In this document: positions 38,557 to 48,559 of the stretch, in pieces
Numbering within the stretch: position 1 is the stretch's first letter
Layout of the letters: each line of letters begins with the position of its first letter
DNA from: an uncultured Chthoniobacterales bacterium
GTDB lineage: Bacteria; Verrucomicrobiota; Verrucomicrobiia; Chthoniobacterales; JAATET01
Reading direction: 5' to 3'
DNA length: 64,000 nt
Assembly: GCA_964247025.1 (NCBI GenBank)
Contig: CAXTSM010000019.1
Span: forward strand, 5,049-69,048
The notes under the pieces: generated by a model
Databases searched by the model: none
What the model saw: the letters and a program-made list of their open reading frames with translations, nothing else
What the model was told of the DNA's origin: nothing
Made by a program: the position numbers and the translations under genes

Positions 38557-38633
38557 ACCGCCCAGAGCGCAAAGGACGCCGAGATCAAAGAATGAAATTT
38601 CCTCCTCCCGGCGACTTCTGCGCTCTCCGCGGT
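38557..38633. repeat. ORF-less hairpin element with ends homologous to the GxxExxY cassette termini
   Basis: Left ACCGCCCAGAGCGCAAAGGACGCCGAG matches the cassette left end at 22/27 positions. Right TTCTGCGCTCTCCGCGGT matches the cassette right end. The two outer arms are complementary at 14/18 positions. Confidence 0.7.
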
Positions 38634-38647
38634 CAAGAAAATCCCCC

Positions 38648-39220
38648 GTGGAAAGAGCCCACGCCATCCTCATCCGGCGCTTCCGGTTCTCCGAGACGAG
38701 CCTGATCTGCGTGTGGCTCGCGCGCGCGCAGGCCAAGGTGAAGACCGCGGCCCGCGGCGCGCTCCGGCCGGGAGGCGCGTTCGCGGGCAAGCTCGACCTG
38801 TTCTACGAGGCCGACATCGCGTTCGTCCGGAACCGCAAGAGCGACATCCACGCGCTGCGCGAGGTCGCGCTGATTCAGCCCTTCGACGGCGAAGGCCCGA
38901 ACTACGCGAATCTTGCCCTCGCCTCGTATTTCGCCGCGCTCGTGGACCGCGTGACCGAGACCGACGCCCCCGCCGAGGAGATCTTCGACCTGCTGCGGCG
39001 CGCCCTCGTTTATCTGCGCACGGAAAAACCGGCGCCGCGCGCGGTGACCCATTTCGAGGCCGAGCTGTGTCGCGCGCTGGGCGTGAACGACGCCGACGGT
39101 CGGCGCGATCCCCTGCAAACGCTGGCGGCGCAATGCGGCAAACTCCCCCCCGGCCGCGAACGCGCCCTGAAGGCGTGCGCCCCGCTTGCGCCGCCGCCGC
39201 CGGGCGATACGCTGCGATGA
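38648..39220 (+). CDS. recO: DNA repair protein RecO
   Basis: GTG start. AILIRRFRFSETSLICVWL is the OB-fold N-terminus, and the HFEAELCRALG region is typical of RecO. Confidence 0.75.
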   Translation: MERAHAILIRRFRFSETSLICVWLARAQAKVKTAARGALRPGGAFAGKLDLFYEADIAFVRNRKSDIHALREVALIQPFDGEGPNYANLALASYFAALVDRVTETDAPAEEIFDLLRRALVYLRTEKPAPRAVTHFEAELCRALGVNDADGRRDPLQTLAAQCGKLPPGRERALKACAPLAPPPPGDTLR

Positions 39221-39774
39221 TGCGCGATCACCCATCCGCGGGCGACATGACCGGCTCCCTGCTCGTGGCCCATCCCAATCTCCACGACCCGAATTTTCGC
39301 CGCACGATCCTCTTCCTCTCGCACCATCATGCGGAGGACGGCGCCATCGGCCTCGTGCTCAACCGCCCTCTCCGCAAGACGATGGCGGAGGTGAACCCCC
39401 CCACCGCGGACGCCCTGCGCCGGGTGCCGGTCTTCTACGGCGGACCCGTCGGCGCGGACGACCTCCTGCTCGCGAGCCTGCAATGGCGCGAGGCGCCTGA
39501 TGCCCTGGCGTTCCAGGGCTTCGGCAACGCGCGGGAGCATCCGGTCATCCCGCCCGAGTGCCAGCCCGGCCTGCGCGCCTTCCTCGGTTATTCCGGCTGG
39601 AGCCGGGGCCAGCTCGAAGGCGAGATCGCGGAAAAATCGTGGCTTGTCCTCCCGCCCACGCGGCGGCTCGTCGAGGCGGTGGATCCGGAATCGCTCTGGC
39701 GGGATGTCATGCGCCGGCTCGGTCCCGTTTATCGCCTGCTTGCCGGCATGCCCGACGATCCAAGCCTGAATTAG
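39217..39774 (+). CDS. YqgE/AlgH family protein (UPF0301)
   Basis: GSLLVAHPNLHDPNFRRTILFLSHHHAEDGAIGLVLNRP and GYSGWSRGQLEGEI. ATGA overlap with the recO stop. Confidence 0.8.
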   Translation: MMRDHPSAGDMTGSLLVAHPNLHDPNFRRTILFLSHHHAEDGAIGLVLNRPLRKTMAEVNPPTADALRRVPVFYGGPVGADDLLLASLQWREAPDALAFQGFGNAREHPVIPPECQPGLRAFLGYSGWSRGQLEGEIAEKSWLVLPPTRRLVEAVDPESLWRDVMRRLGPVYRLLAGMPDDPSLN

Positions 39775-39862
39775 TCGATGGCTGAGGGTCGATGGGCAAT
39801 GAGGCGCCCCTCTACGGCGATCTCCCCTCTCTCGACCATCGACTCGCGCGCCGCGGGCCCAG

Positions 39863-40858
39863 CTACCACTTCTTCGCGCGCCACAGCCAGAGCACGCCCA
39901 GCGCGGAGCCGACCGCCACGAGGCTTGCGACGAGGAACGGCCACCAGCTTTCCACGTTCTGCCACGGCACCTTCACGTTCATGCCGAAAGCGCCGACCAC
40001 GAGGTTCGACATCATGATCGCGATCGAGACGATCGTGAATTTCTTGATCAGGTGGTTGAGGTTGTTGCTGACGATCGAGGCGCGGGAATCCATCAGCCCG
40101 CCGAGCACCTCGGAGTAAATCTGCGCGCGGCGAAAACACTGTTTGTTCTCGATGGAAATATCCTCGAGCACGCCGACCTGCTCCTCGTCGAAACCGAGCT
40201 TGCACGCGGCGTGACGCAATTTCTCGCAGAGCGAACTGTTCGAGCTGAGCGAGTTCAGGATGTAGACCAGGCTCTTCTCGAGCGCGAACATGTTGAGGAG
40301 GTATTTGTTCTCCATCGAGGTCGCGAGCCGCTTCTCGAGCGAATCGGAAAGCATGTTGATCGCTTTCAGGTGGCCCTCGAAATGCGAGATCGACTGGTAG
40401 AGCAGCCGCAGGATGACGTCCTGCAGCGTGTGCACGAGAAAGGGCACCCGCCCCTCGAAGAGCGGCGCGTCGTCGGACATAATGACCACGAGCTGGTCGG
40501 GATAAAGGAAGACGCCGGTCGACGTGACCTTCAGCAGGAAATTGTCGTCCGCGCAGTAGCTCTTCGGCCGCTTGAAGATCGCCACGGCGTGATCGGGCTC
40601 GAACTCGAGCCGCGAAATCTCCTCCGGGTCGAGCGCGGATTGCAGCGTGTGGCTGTCGATGTTGAACCGCGCCAGCAGCTCGGCCTCCTCGATCGGGCCG
40701 GGGTTGTTGTAGGCGATGACCTGCGCCTCCGACTCGGGGCAGGCATGCGGACGCCCATCCGCGAGGCGAAAGAAGGTGCGGGTCGCGGGCGCGGCCTCGG
40801 GGGCGGGCGGCGTCACGCGGCTCGCCGGGCGGTCGAGGATGGCGTTGAGGGCATTCAT
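39863..40858 (-). CDS. corA: CorA-family magnesium/cobalt transporter
   Basis: C-terminal two TM segments with GAFGMNV (GMN motif). Confidence 0.85.
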   Translation of the reverse strand: MNALNAILDRPASRVTPPAPEAAPATRTFFRLADGRPHACPESEAQVIAYNNPGPIEEAELLARFNIDSHTLQSALDPEEISRLEFEPDHAVAIFKRPKSYCADDNFLLKVTSTGVFLYPDQLVVIMSDDAPLFEGRVPFLVHTLQDVILRLLYQSISHFEGHLKAINMLSDSLEKRLATSMENKYLLNMFALEKSLVYILNSLSSNSSLCEKLRHAACKLGFDEEQVGVLEDISIENKQCFRRAQIYSEVLGGLMDSRASIVSNNLNHLIKKFTIVSIAIMMSNLVVGAFGMNVKVPWQNVESWWPFLVASLVAVGSALGVLWLWRAKKW

Positions 40859-40889
40859 CGGAGCGCCGAGGGGATTTCGTCAATAGACC

Positions 40890-42230
40890 TTAATCGCGCA
40901 GCCTGTCCAGCCCCCGGCGCACGCCGGCGAACAATTCGTCGATCTCGGCGCGCGTGATGACGAGCGGCGGCGCGAGCGCGATGAGGTCGCGGATGCCGCG
41001 CACGATCACGCCTTCCTCGCGGATGAGATCCGCCGCGCGCAGGCCGAGCGATTGCCCCGGCGCGGCGCGGCCGCCCGGCTCCCCCAGCTCCGCCGCGCCG
41101 ATGAGGTGGTCGCCGCGCACCTCGCCCACCGCGGGATGCGATGCGAGCCTGGTCAGCTGCTGCTGGAAGTAGGGCCCGACGTCGTCGCGCACCCGCTCGA
41201 CCAGGCCGAGGCTCTCGATCACCCGCACGTTCGCCAGGCCGGCCGCCGCGCACGTCGGGTGGCCCGTGTAGGTGAAGCCGTGCGCGAAGTAGCCGCTCGC
41301 GTCGATGATCGCGGCGATCTCGTCGCTCACGAGCGTGGCGCCGAGCGGCAGGTAGCCGCTGGTGAGGCCCTTCGCGACGTTGAGCAAATCCGGGTCGAGC
41401 CCCTCGCGCTCGCTGGCGAACCAGCACCCGAGCCGGCCGAAGGCCGTGATGACCTCGTCCGCCACGAAAAGAATGTCCCGCTCGCGGCACAGCTCGCGCA
41501 ACGCCCGGAGGTGACCCGCGGGCGGCACGATCACGCCGCCCGCGCCTTGGATCGGCTCGACGAACATCGCCGCGATGGTCTCCGCGCCCTCGCGGTCGAT
41601 CATTTCCGCCGTGCGCGCGACGACCTCCGCCCCGAAGGCCTCGGGCGACAGATCCGTCTGCGCCGCCCATGCGTACGGCGCCGGCGCGTGCAGGAAATCC
41701 GCCAGCGGCAGGTCGAAAGGGTCGCGGCAGTTCGGCAGCCCCGTCAGGCTCGTCGCGGCCAGCGTGACGCCATGGTAGGCAAAATCGCGGGAAAGAATTT
41801 TCCTCTTCGCGGATTTCCCCCGCTGCCTCCAGTAGCCGCGGATGATTTTCAACGCGGTCTCGTTCGACTCGGAGCCCGAGCCGGAATAGACCACGCGGTT
41901 CAGCCGCGCCGGTGCGTGGTTCGCCAGCCATTCGGCGAGAAGCACGGGCGGCTCGGTGGTGGAATTGAAGAACGACGGATAAAACGGCAGCCGCTCCATT
42001 TGCTCTCGCACCGCCTCGACGATCGGCGCGCAGTTGTAGCCGACGTTCACGCACCACAGCCCGGCCAGCCCGTCGAGCAGGCGCCGGCCGTCCCCGTCCA
42101 CGACGTGGCAGCCGTCGCCCGACTTGATCCAGCGCGTACCCTCGCGATGCATGTCCGCGTGGTCCGTGAAGGGATGAATGTGAAACGCGCGGTCTTTTTG
42201 GCGCAGTTCCTGCAATGTCAGCTCGGCCAT
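40890..42230 (-). CDS. Class III (omega-type) PLP-dependent aminotransferase
   Basis: Internal ATG (MAELTLQELRQKDRAFHIHPFTD...). GLWCVNVGYN, SGSGSESNETA and DEVITAFGRLG motifs. Confidence 0.85.
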   Translation of the reverse strand: MAELTLQELRQKDRAFHIHPFTDHADMHREGTRWIKSGDGCHVVDGDGRRLLDGLAGLWCVNVGYNCAPIVEAVREQMERLPFYPSFFNSTTEPPVLLAEWLANHAPARLNRVVYSGSGSESNETALKIIRGYWRQRGKSAKRKILSRDFAYHGVTLAATSLTGLPNCRDPFDLPLADFLHAPAPYAWAAQTDLSPEAFGAEVVARTAEMIDREGAETIAAMFVEPIQGAGGVIVPPAGHLRALRELCRERDILFVADEVITAFGRLGCWFASEREGLDPDLLNVAKGLTSGYLPLGATLVSDEIAAIIDASGYFAHGFTYTGHPTCAAAGLANVRVIESLGLVERVRDDVGPYFQQQLTRLASHPAVGEVRGDHLIGAAELGEPGGRAAPGQSLGLRAADLIREEGVIVRGIRDLIALAPPLVITRAEIDELFAGVRRGLDRLRD

Positions 42231-42421
42231 GCTCCAGACTATCATTCCCGGTGGGAAAACGCCAAGCGGCCCCGGCCGCGCCGTCCGCGGCGGCCCGCGT
42301 CCGGACAAGAGGCGAAATCGCTGATTCGCCGTGGGTTGCCGCCGGGTTTTCCGCTTGACCTGTCGAGGGGTTTTGGGTTGTTTCGCCGCGTTTTGAATGA
42401 GGGGAAATACTGACCGAATCG

Positions 42422-43920
<1,499 letters not shown>

Positions 43921-43924
<4 letters not shown>

Positions 43925-44451
43925 AGCGGCTCGCTCTCGCCGTCCTCGCGGTTGCCCTCGCCGGCTGCGCGCAGGACCATCGCCACACCATCCTCATCAG
44001 CGTGAACGACCAGCGCATGGTCGTCCTCGACCGCGGCCGCGCCGTCGCGAGCTACCCCGTTTCGACCTCGAAGTTCGGCCTGGGCGACGGCTTCGGCTCC
44101 TATCGCACGCCCGCCGGCCTCATGAAGGTCCGCAAAAAAATCGGCGCCGCCGCCCCCTCGGGAGCCGTCTTCAAATCTCGCAAACCCACCGGCGAGATCC
44201 TCGAGATCGACGCCGAAGGCCGCGACCCGATCGTCACCCGCATCCTCTGGCTCGACGGCAGCGAGTCGCAGAATCGCCACGCGTTCGAGCGCTGCATCTA
44301 CATCCACGGCACGCCCGAGGAGCGCACCATCGGCCGTCCCGCGAGCTACGGGTGCATCCGCATGCGCTCGCGCGACGTCATCGAACTCTACGACCTCGTC
44401 GGAGTGGGCGCGAAAGTGCGGGTGCTCGCGAATTTCCCCGCTCCCCGCTAA
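43921..44451 (+). CDS. L,D-transpeptidase (YkuD) lipoprotein, paralogue 1
   Basis: TTG start overlapping the GT2 stop. Lipobox VALAGC. Catalytic motif IYIHGTPEERTIGRPASYGCIRM. Confidence 0.8.
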
Positions 44452-44480
44452 GTCTCCGCGGTGACCCGACTTCCGGCCCG

Positions 44481-44912
44481 TGTAGCCGCCCCGCTCCGTC
44501 GGGGCGCCGGGGGGCGGGGGATCGCACAAGGCGACGCCGCGGGGCGACCGAGCGCCGCGGCAACAAAGAACACACCGCGCAGCCGGCCGTGTAGCCGCCC
44601 CGCTCCGTCGGGGCGCCGGGGGGCGGGGGATCGCACAAGGCGACGCCGCACGGCGACAGAGCGCCGTGGCTACAAAGAACACACCGCGCACCGGCCCCTG
44701 TAGCCGCCCCGCTCCGTCGGGGCGCCGGGGGCGGGGGATCGCACAAGGCGACGCCGCACGGCGACAGAGCGCCGTGGCTACAAAGAACACACCGCGCACC
44801 GGCCCGTGTAGCCGCCCCCGCTCCGTCGGGGCGCCGGGGGCGGGGGATCGCACAAGGCCACGCCGCACGGCGACAGAGCGCCGTGGCTACAAGAAACGCC
44901 GCCGCGGACCCG
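44481..44912 (+). repeat. Tandem array of four ~109-bp structured repeat units
   Basis: Units start at 44481, 44590, 44699 and 44807 (TGTAGCCGCCCCGCTCCGTCGGGGCGCC...), with periods of 109/109/108 nt. Units are near-identical across their whole length. Confidence 0.9.
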
Positions 44913-45228
44913 GGCGCAGAATTCCATTCACCCAGGTCTTTGATAACCGGCGCGCCTTGAAAATGGCCGGGCTGCGTCCTGGGTGCCTTCGGCGGGCGAT
45001 TCCCGGCATCCGCCGCACGCCGCGGAGACGTATTCAAGGAGACCTTGCGGTAGCGTGGGCGAAGGCAGGCAAACGAGGGCGCGGAGCGGGCAGGCCAGGA
45101 AAGTCGTCCGCGAACCTGGCGCGCCAATTCTTTCCTCGCCGCCCCCGCCGTCCGGTTGAAATCCCGGACGCCGCGGGCGAATCATCGTTGCTGAATCTCG
45201 AAATCAACTGCTACGTCTAAACCAACCC

Positions 45229-47130
45229 ATGGGTCGTTCCACCAATCCCCTCCCCCGCTGGCTCTCCACCATCCTGTGGGGCAACTCCGTCGCCCTTTCG
45301 TGGATGTGGGGACTCGGGCTGTTTTTTTCCGTCCAGTTCACCACGCAGTTCGGCCTCTTCGGCCTCCTGACCTTCGCGATCCCGAACTTCATCGGCCTCA
45401 TGGCCTTCGGCCTCGTCACCCAGCACATCGCGAACCGCGAAAAGCGCCAAGGCTCCGAGGCCCTCGCGAACTTCTTCGTGGGCTGGTCACGCCCTTTCCG
45501 GCTCGTCTTTTTCCTTTACCAGATCCTCGCCGTCACGCTGACGATGTTCGCGGTCATTCACTACGTCTGGCAGCCGCTGAACCTCCAGCCCGCCTTTCTT
45601 TACCTGCCGCTCACGCTCCTCATCGTCCTCGCGGCCGCGATCCTTTTCGGCGAGGAGTTCAACATCAAGCGCATCAAGTTCAGCCACGGCGCTCTGTTCC
45701 TCCTGCTTGCCGCCGCGCTTGGCGTGATCTTCGTTTCGCTGCCGACGTTCCAGGCCGTCTCGACCATCCACATGGCGAAGCTCCCAACCGGCACGTGGAA
45801 TTTCTGGGGCTACGTCGTTCCCATCTGCATCGGTTTCCTCGTCGGCCCCTGGATGGATCTCCAGCAATGGCAGCGCGCCATCCAGATGCACCGCGAGCGC
45901 GTCTCCATCGGCTGGGGCTACGTCTTCGGCAGCATCGAGTTCTTCGTGCTCCTGCTCATCCACGGCGGCCTCACGCTCTGGGCGCAGGGCCTTGGCGCGA
46001 GCATCTTCATCCACCAGGGCATCGCCGATTACACCTACGCGCAGGACATGCTCATGCGCTTCTTCTTCGAGAACATCCACGCGCATCCGAACGTCTTCAT
46101 CGCCTACTGCGTCTTCCTGTGCGTCTGCATCCTCACCACGCTCGACAGCGGCTACATCGCGTTCCGCTGGTTCCTGCAATCGAACGTGAACGCCAGCAGC
46201 CACGCCATTTTTTCGCTCATTCCCACGCGCCTCATCACGTCGCCGATCCCCGTCATGCTCTTCTGCGGTATCATTGCCCTGGCCTCGGCCGTGCTCGGGC
46301 TCGAGCTCGAGTATTTCATGATCTTCTTCGCCACGTTCCTCGTCGGCTACGAAACGCTCGGCGTCGCCCGCTGCTACGTCTTCAGCCCCGCGAACGCCAT
46401 CCCGCAGGTCAAGATGTTCTGCATCGGCTCGGTGGCCGTCGTCATCTTCGCCTTCGGTTACTTCCAGCGCCTGCCCGTGCTTCCGATGATCGCCTCGCTC
46501 CTCCCGCTCGGCTACGTTTGCTGGCTGCTCATCAAGCCCGGCTCGGCGGAGGAATTCGTCTCGAACGCCGAGGAACTCGAGTCTCCCGGCCAGACCGGCG
46601 GCGTCCTCCCCGCCTCCGACCCAGGCGGAGCCGCGCCCGCCGCCACCGCCGCGATGTCGCCCGTGCAGAACCCGGTCGCCGCGGCCGCGGCCGCGTTCGG
46701 CATCCACGACCTCACCGGGCACTTCGAGGACAAGTGGTTCGTCCATTCGTTCATCGCGACCTACGCGGACACGAACTCCGTCGGCAACGTCTACTTCGGC
46801 ATGTATGCCATGTGGGTCGGCAAGACCCGCGAGCTCTTCTTCAACAAGGTCATGCCGAAGTTCAATCTGAAGGACACGCCCTTCTACATCCTCACGCGTT
46901 CGTTCGAGCACAAATTCATTCGTGAGACCCGCGAGTTCGAGACCGTGAAGGTGAAAATCAAGATCGCCAGCTTCAACCGCAAGTTCGTCCACCTCGCCCA
47001 CGAGATCTACGATTCCCGCGAGCAGCTCCTCGGCAAAGGCGCGCAAAGCCTGCTCTTCGTCTCCTCCTCCGACTACCACATGCTCGACATCCCGCCGGAC
47101 GTTCACGCCGCGTTCATCGTGCACGCATGA
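45229..47130 (+). CDS. Fusion protein: polytopic membrane domain (~430 aa) + C-terminal hotdog-fold acyl-CoA thioesterase
   Basis: 633-aa ORF. The N-terminal part is about 12 TM segments with GPWMDLQQWQRA (SSS-transporter-like Q..QR). After an Ala/Pro linker comes a YbgC/4HBT-like domain, TYADTNSVGNVYFGMYAMWVGKTRELFF. Confidence 0.75.
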   Translation: MGRSTNPLPRWLSTILWGNSVALSWMWGLGLFFSVQFTTQFGLFGLLTFAIPNFIGLMAFGLVTQHIANREKRQGSEALANFFVGWSRPFRLVFFLYQILAVTLTMFAVIHYVWQPLNLQPAFLYLPLTLLIVLAAAILFGEEFNIKRIKFSHGALFLLLAAALGVIFVSLPTFQAVSTIHMAKLPTGTWNFWGYVVPICIGFLVGPWMDLQQWQRAIQMHRERVSIGWGYVFGSIEFFVLLLIHGGLTLWAQGLGASIFIHQGIADYTYAQDMLMRFFFENIHAHPNVFIAYCVFLCVCILTTLDSGYIAFRWFLQSNVNASSHAIFSLIPTRLITSPIPVMLFCGIIALASAVLGLELEYFMIFFATFLVGYETLGVARCYVFSPANAIPQVKMFCIGSVAVVIFAFGYFQRLPVLPMIASLLPLGYVCWLLIKPGSAEEFVSNAEELESPGQTGGVLPASDPGGAAPAATAAMSPVQNPVAAAAAAFGIHDLTGHFEDKWFVHSFIATYADTNSVGNVYFGMYAMWVGKTRELFFNKVMPKFNLKDTPFYILTRSFEHKFIRETREFETVKVKIKIASFNRKFVHLAHEIYDSREQLLGKGAQSLLFVSSSDYHMLDIPPDVHAAFIVHA

Positions 47131-47146
47131 TCCCGCGAAGAATTTT

Positions 47147-47224
47147 CCCGCGGAGGCGCGGAGACGCGGAGGGTTGAGATGCCTCCGATCGCTTCCTTTC
47201 TCCGCGCCTCCGCGCCTCCGCGGG
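47147..47224. repeat. Octamer-built hairpin (arms CCCGCGGAGGCGCGGAGACGCGGAG / CTCCGCGCCTCCGCGCCTCCGCGGG, 24/25 complementary)
   Basis: Read directly. The loop contains ATG 47179, and the right arm encodes residues ~8-15 of the downstream lipoprotein signal peptide. Confidence 0.85.
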
Positions 47225-48507
47225 CGATCTTCCTCGGCTTTCTTTTCCTGCTGGCCAGCTGCGAAAAGCCCGCCCCCCCGCGCGGGCCCATCCGCCCACC
47301 CTCCCCCCCCGCCACTCCCCGGCCTTCTCCCACCGCCGCTCCCGTGCCCGTCATCGACCGCAAACGCATGGCCGTCGCGGAATTGTTCAGCGACCTCCAG
47401 GTCACCAGCCGCGTCGAGGCCGTGCGCAGCCCCGAGACCGCCTCGCAGGATCGCACCCAGCCAGGCAGCTACCGCCTCGAGCTCACCGTCCACGCCGACA
47501 TTCCCTCCCCGAGCCGCACCCTCGAGCAGATCACCCGCAACGACCCCGCTCTGCCCGCCGCCCTGCCGGGCCTCGCCGACCGCCTCGCCACCGCCCGCGT
47601 CTCCCCCGCCTTCGAACAAATCTACGCCCTCAAGCTCGACTCCCTGAAAGCCCGCCTCGGCCGCATCGATGCCCTGCTCTCCATGCACAACCTCTACGAC
47701 TGCGAGACCATGCTCGAGTTCGAAAACCCCGCCACCGGCGCCCGCGCCCTCTTCCTCCAAGGCGACATGGACGTGAACACCGACGGCTCCGACGGCGACC
47801 GCAACTTCCCCATCGCCCCCGCCACGCAATTCTTCCAGCCCCAGACCAGCTACCGCTGGAAACGCCTCACCCCCCGGCCCAACCCCTTCCTTGCCACCGC
47901 CCAGCAGCGGCTCGACGCCGCCCGCGCCGAGTTCGCCCGCGCCGGCCTCCCCTCCGCGCGGAACGCCGAACTGCGCGACACCATCGCGAACCTCGACGCC
48001 ACCCTCTACGAGATCCAGCGCTACAGCTTCCTCATCGGCGGCGCCGATCCCTTCATCGTCCTGCCCACCTTCATGCTCCGCGCCCCCGCCGGCCCCTTCA
48101 CCCCCGCCATCGGCGACTACGCCGTCGTCGTGCACGACGGCGCCGCCTACCCCGCCATCGTCGGCGACGCCGGCCCCTCCTCGAAGTTCGGCGAAGCCTC
48201 CGCCCGCCTCTGCAAGCAGCTCAACGCCGCCTCCACCGCGAACTCCCGCCCCGTCGACAGCCTCAAGGTCACCTACCTCGTCTTCCCCGGCTCGCGCGAC
48301 GCCGCCCCCGGCCCCCCGGACCTGGAGAAATGGCGCGCCCGCTGCGCCTCGCTCCTCGCCGCCATCGGCCTGCCCGCCGCCGACCTCCATCCATGGGAAA
48401 ACCTCGTCCGCCCCTGGCCCACGCCCACGCCGACTCCGGTTCCGGCCGCGACGCCAAGCCCGACTCTGGAGTCTTCCCCCGCGCCAACTCCCCCGCCATC
48501 GGCCTAG
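47179..48507 (+). CDS. Lipoprotein with Pro-rich linkers and a possible GH75 (chitosanase)-like core
   Basis: Lipobox FLLASC. GDMDVNTDGSDGD resembles the DMDIDCDG motif and IVGDAGPSSKFGEAS the GD.GP..GE.S motif of GH75 (from memory, weak). Confidence 0.6.
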   Translation: MPPIASFLRASAPPRAIFLGFLFLLASCEKPAPPRGPIRPPSPPATPRPSPTAAPVPVIDRKRMAVAELFSDLQVTSRVEAVRSPETASQDRTQPGSYRLELTVHADIPSPSRTLEQITRNDPALPAALPGLADRLATARVSPAFEQIYALKLDSLKARLGRIDALLSMHNLYDCETMLEFENPATGARALFLQGDMDVNTDGSDGDRNFPIAPATQFFQPQTSYRWKRLTPRPNPFLATAQQRLDAARAEFARAGLPSARNAELRDTIANLDATLYEIQRYSFLIGGADPFIVLPTFMLRAPAGPFTPAIGDYAVVVHDGAAYPAIVGDAGPSSKFGEASARLCKQLNAASTANSRPVDSLKVTYLVFPGSRDAAPGPPDLEKWRARCASLLAAIGLPAADLHPWENLVRPWPTPTPTPVPAATPSPTLESSPAPTPPPSA

Positions 48508-48559
48508 CGTGGAATTTTCCGCTTTAGCGTTCCGCGCCGGACGTTAGCCTTGCGGCCTC

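Noticed and set aside
44481-44912. CRISPR array hypothesis for the two tandem arrays (also 63570..64000)
   Set aside because: The whole ~105-bp unit is conserved from copy to copy. There are no unique spacers, and no cas genes are in the window.
45487-48390. 967-aa minus-strand ORF
   Set aside because: It is antisense to the membrane-thioesterase fusion and the lipoprotein gene, with Gly/Glu/Ala/Arg-biased composition and no motifs.
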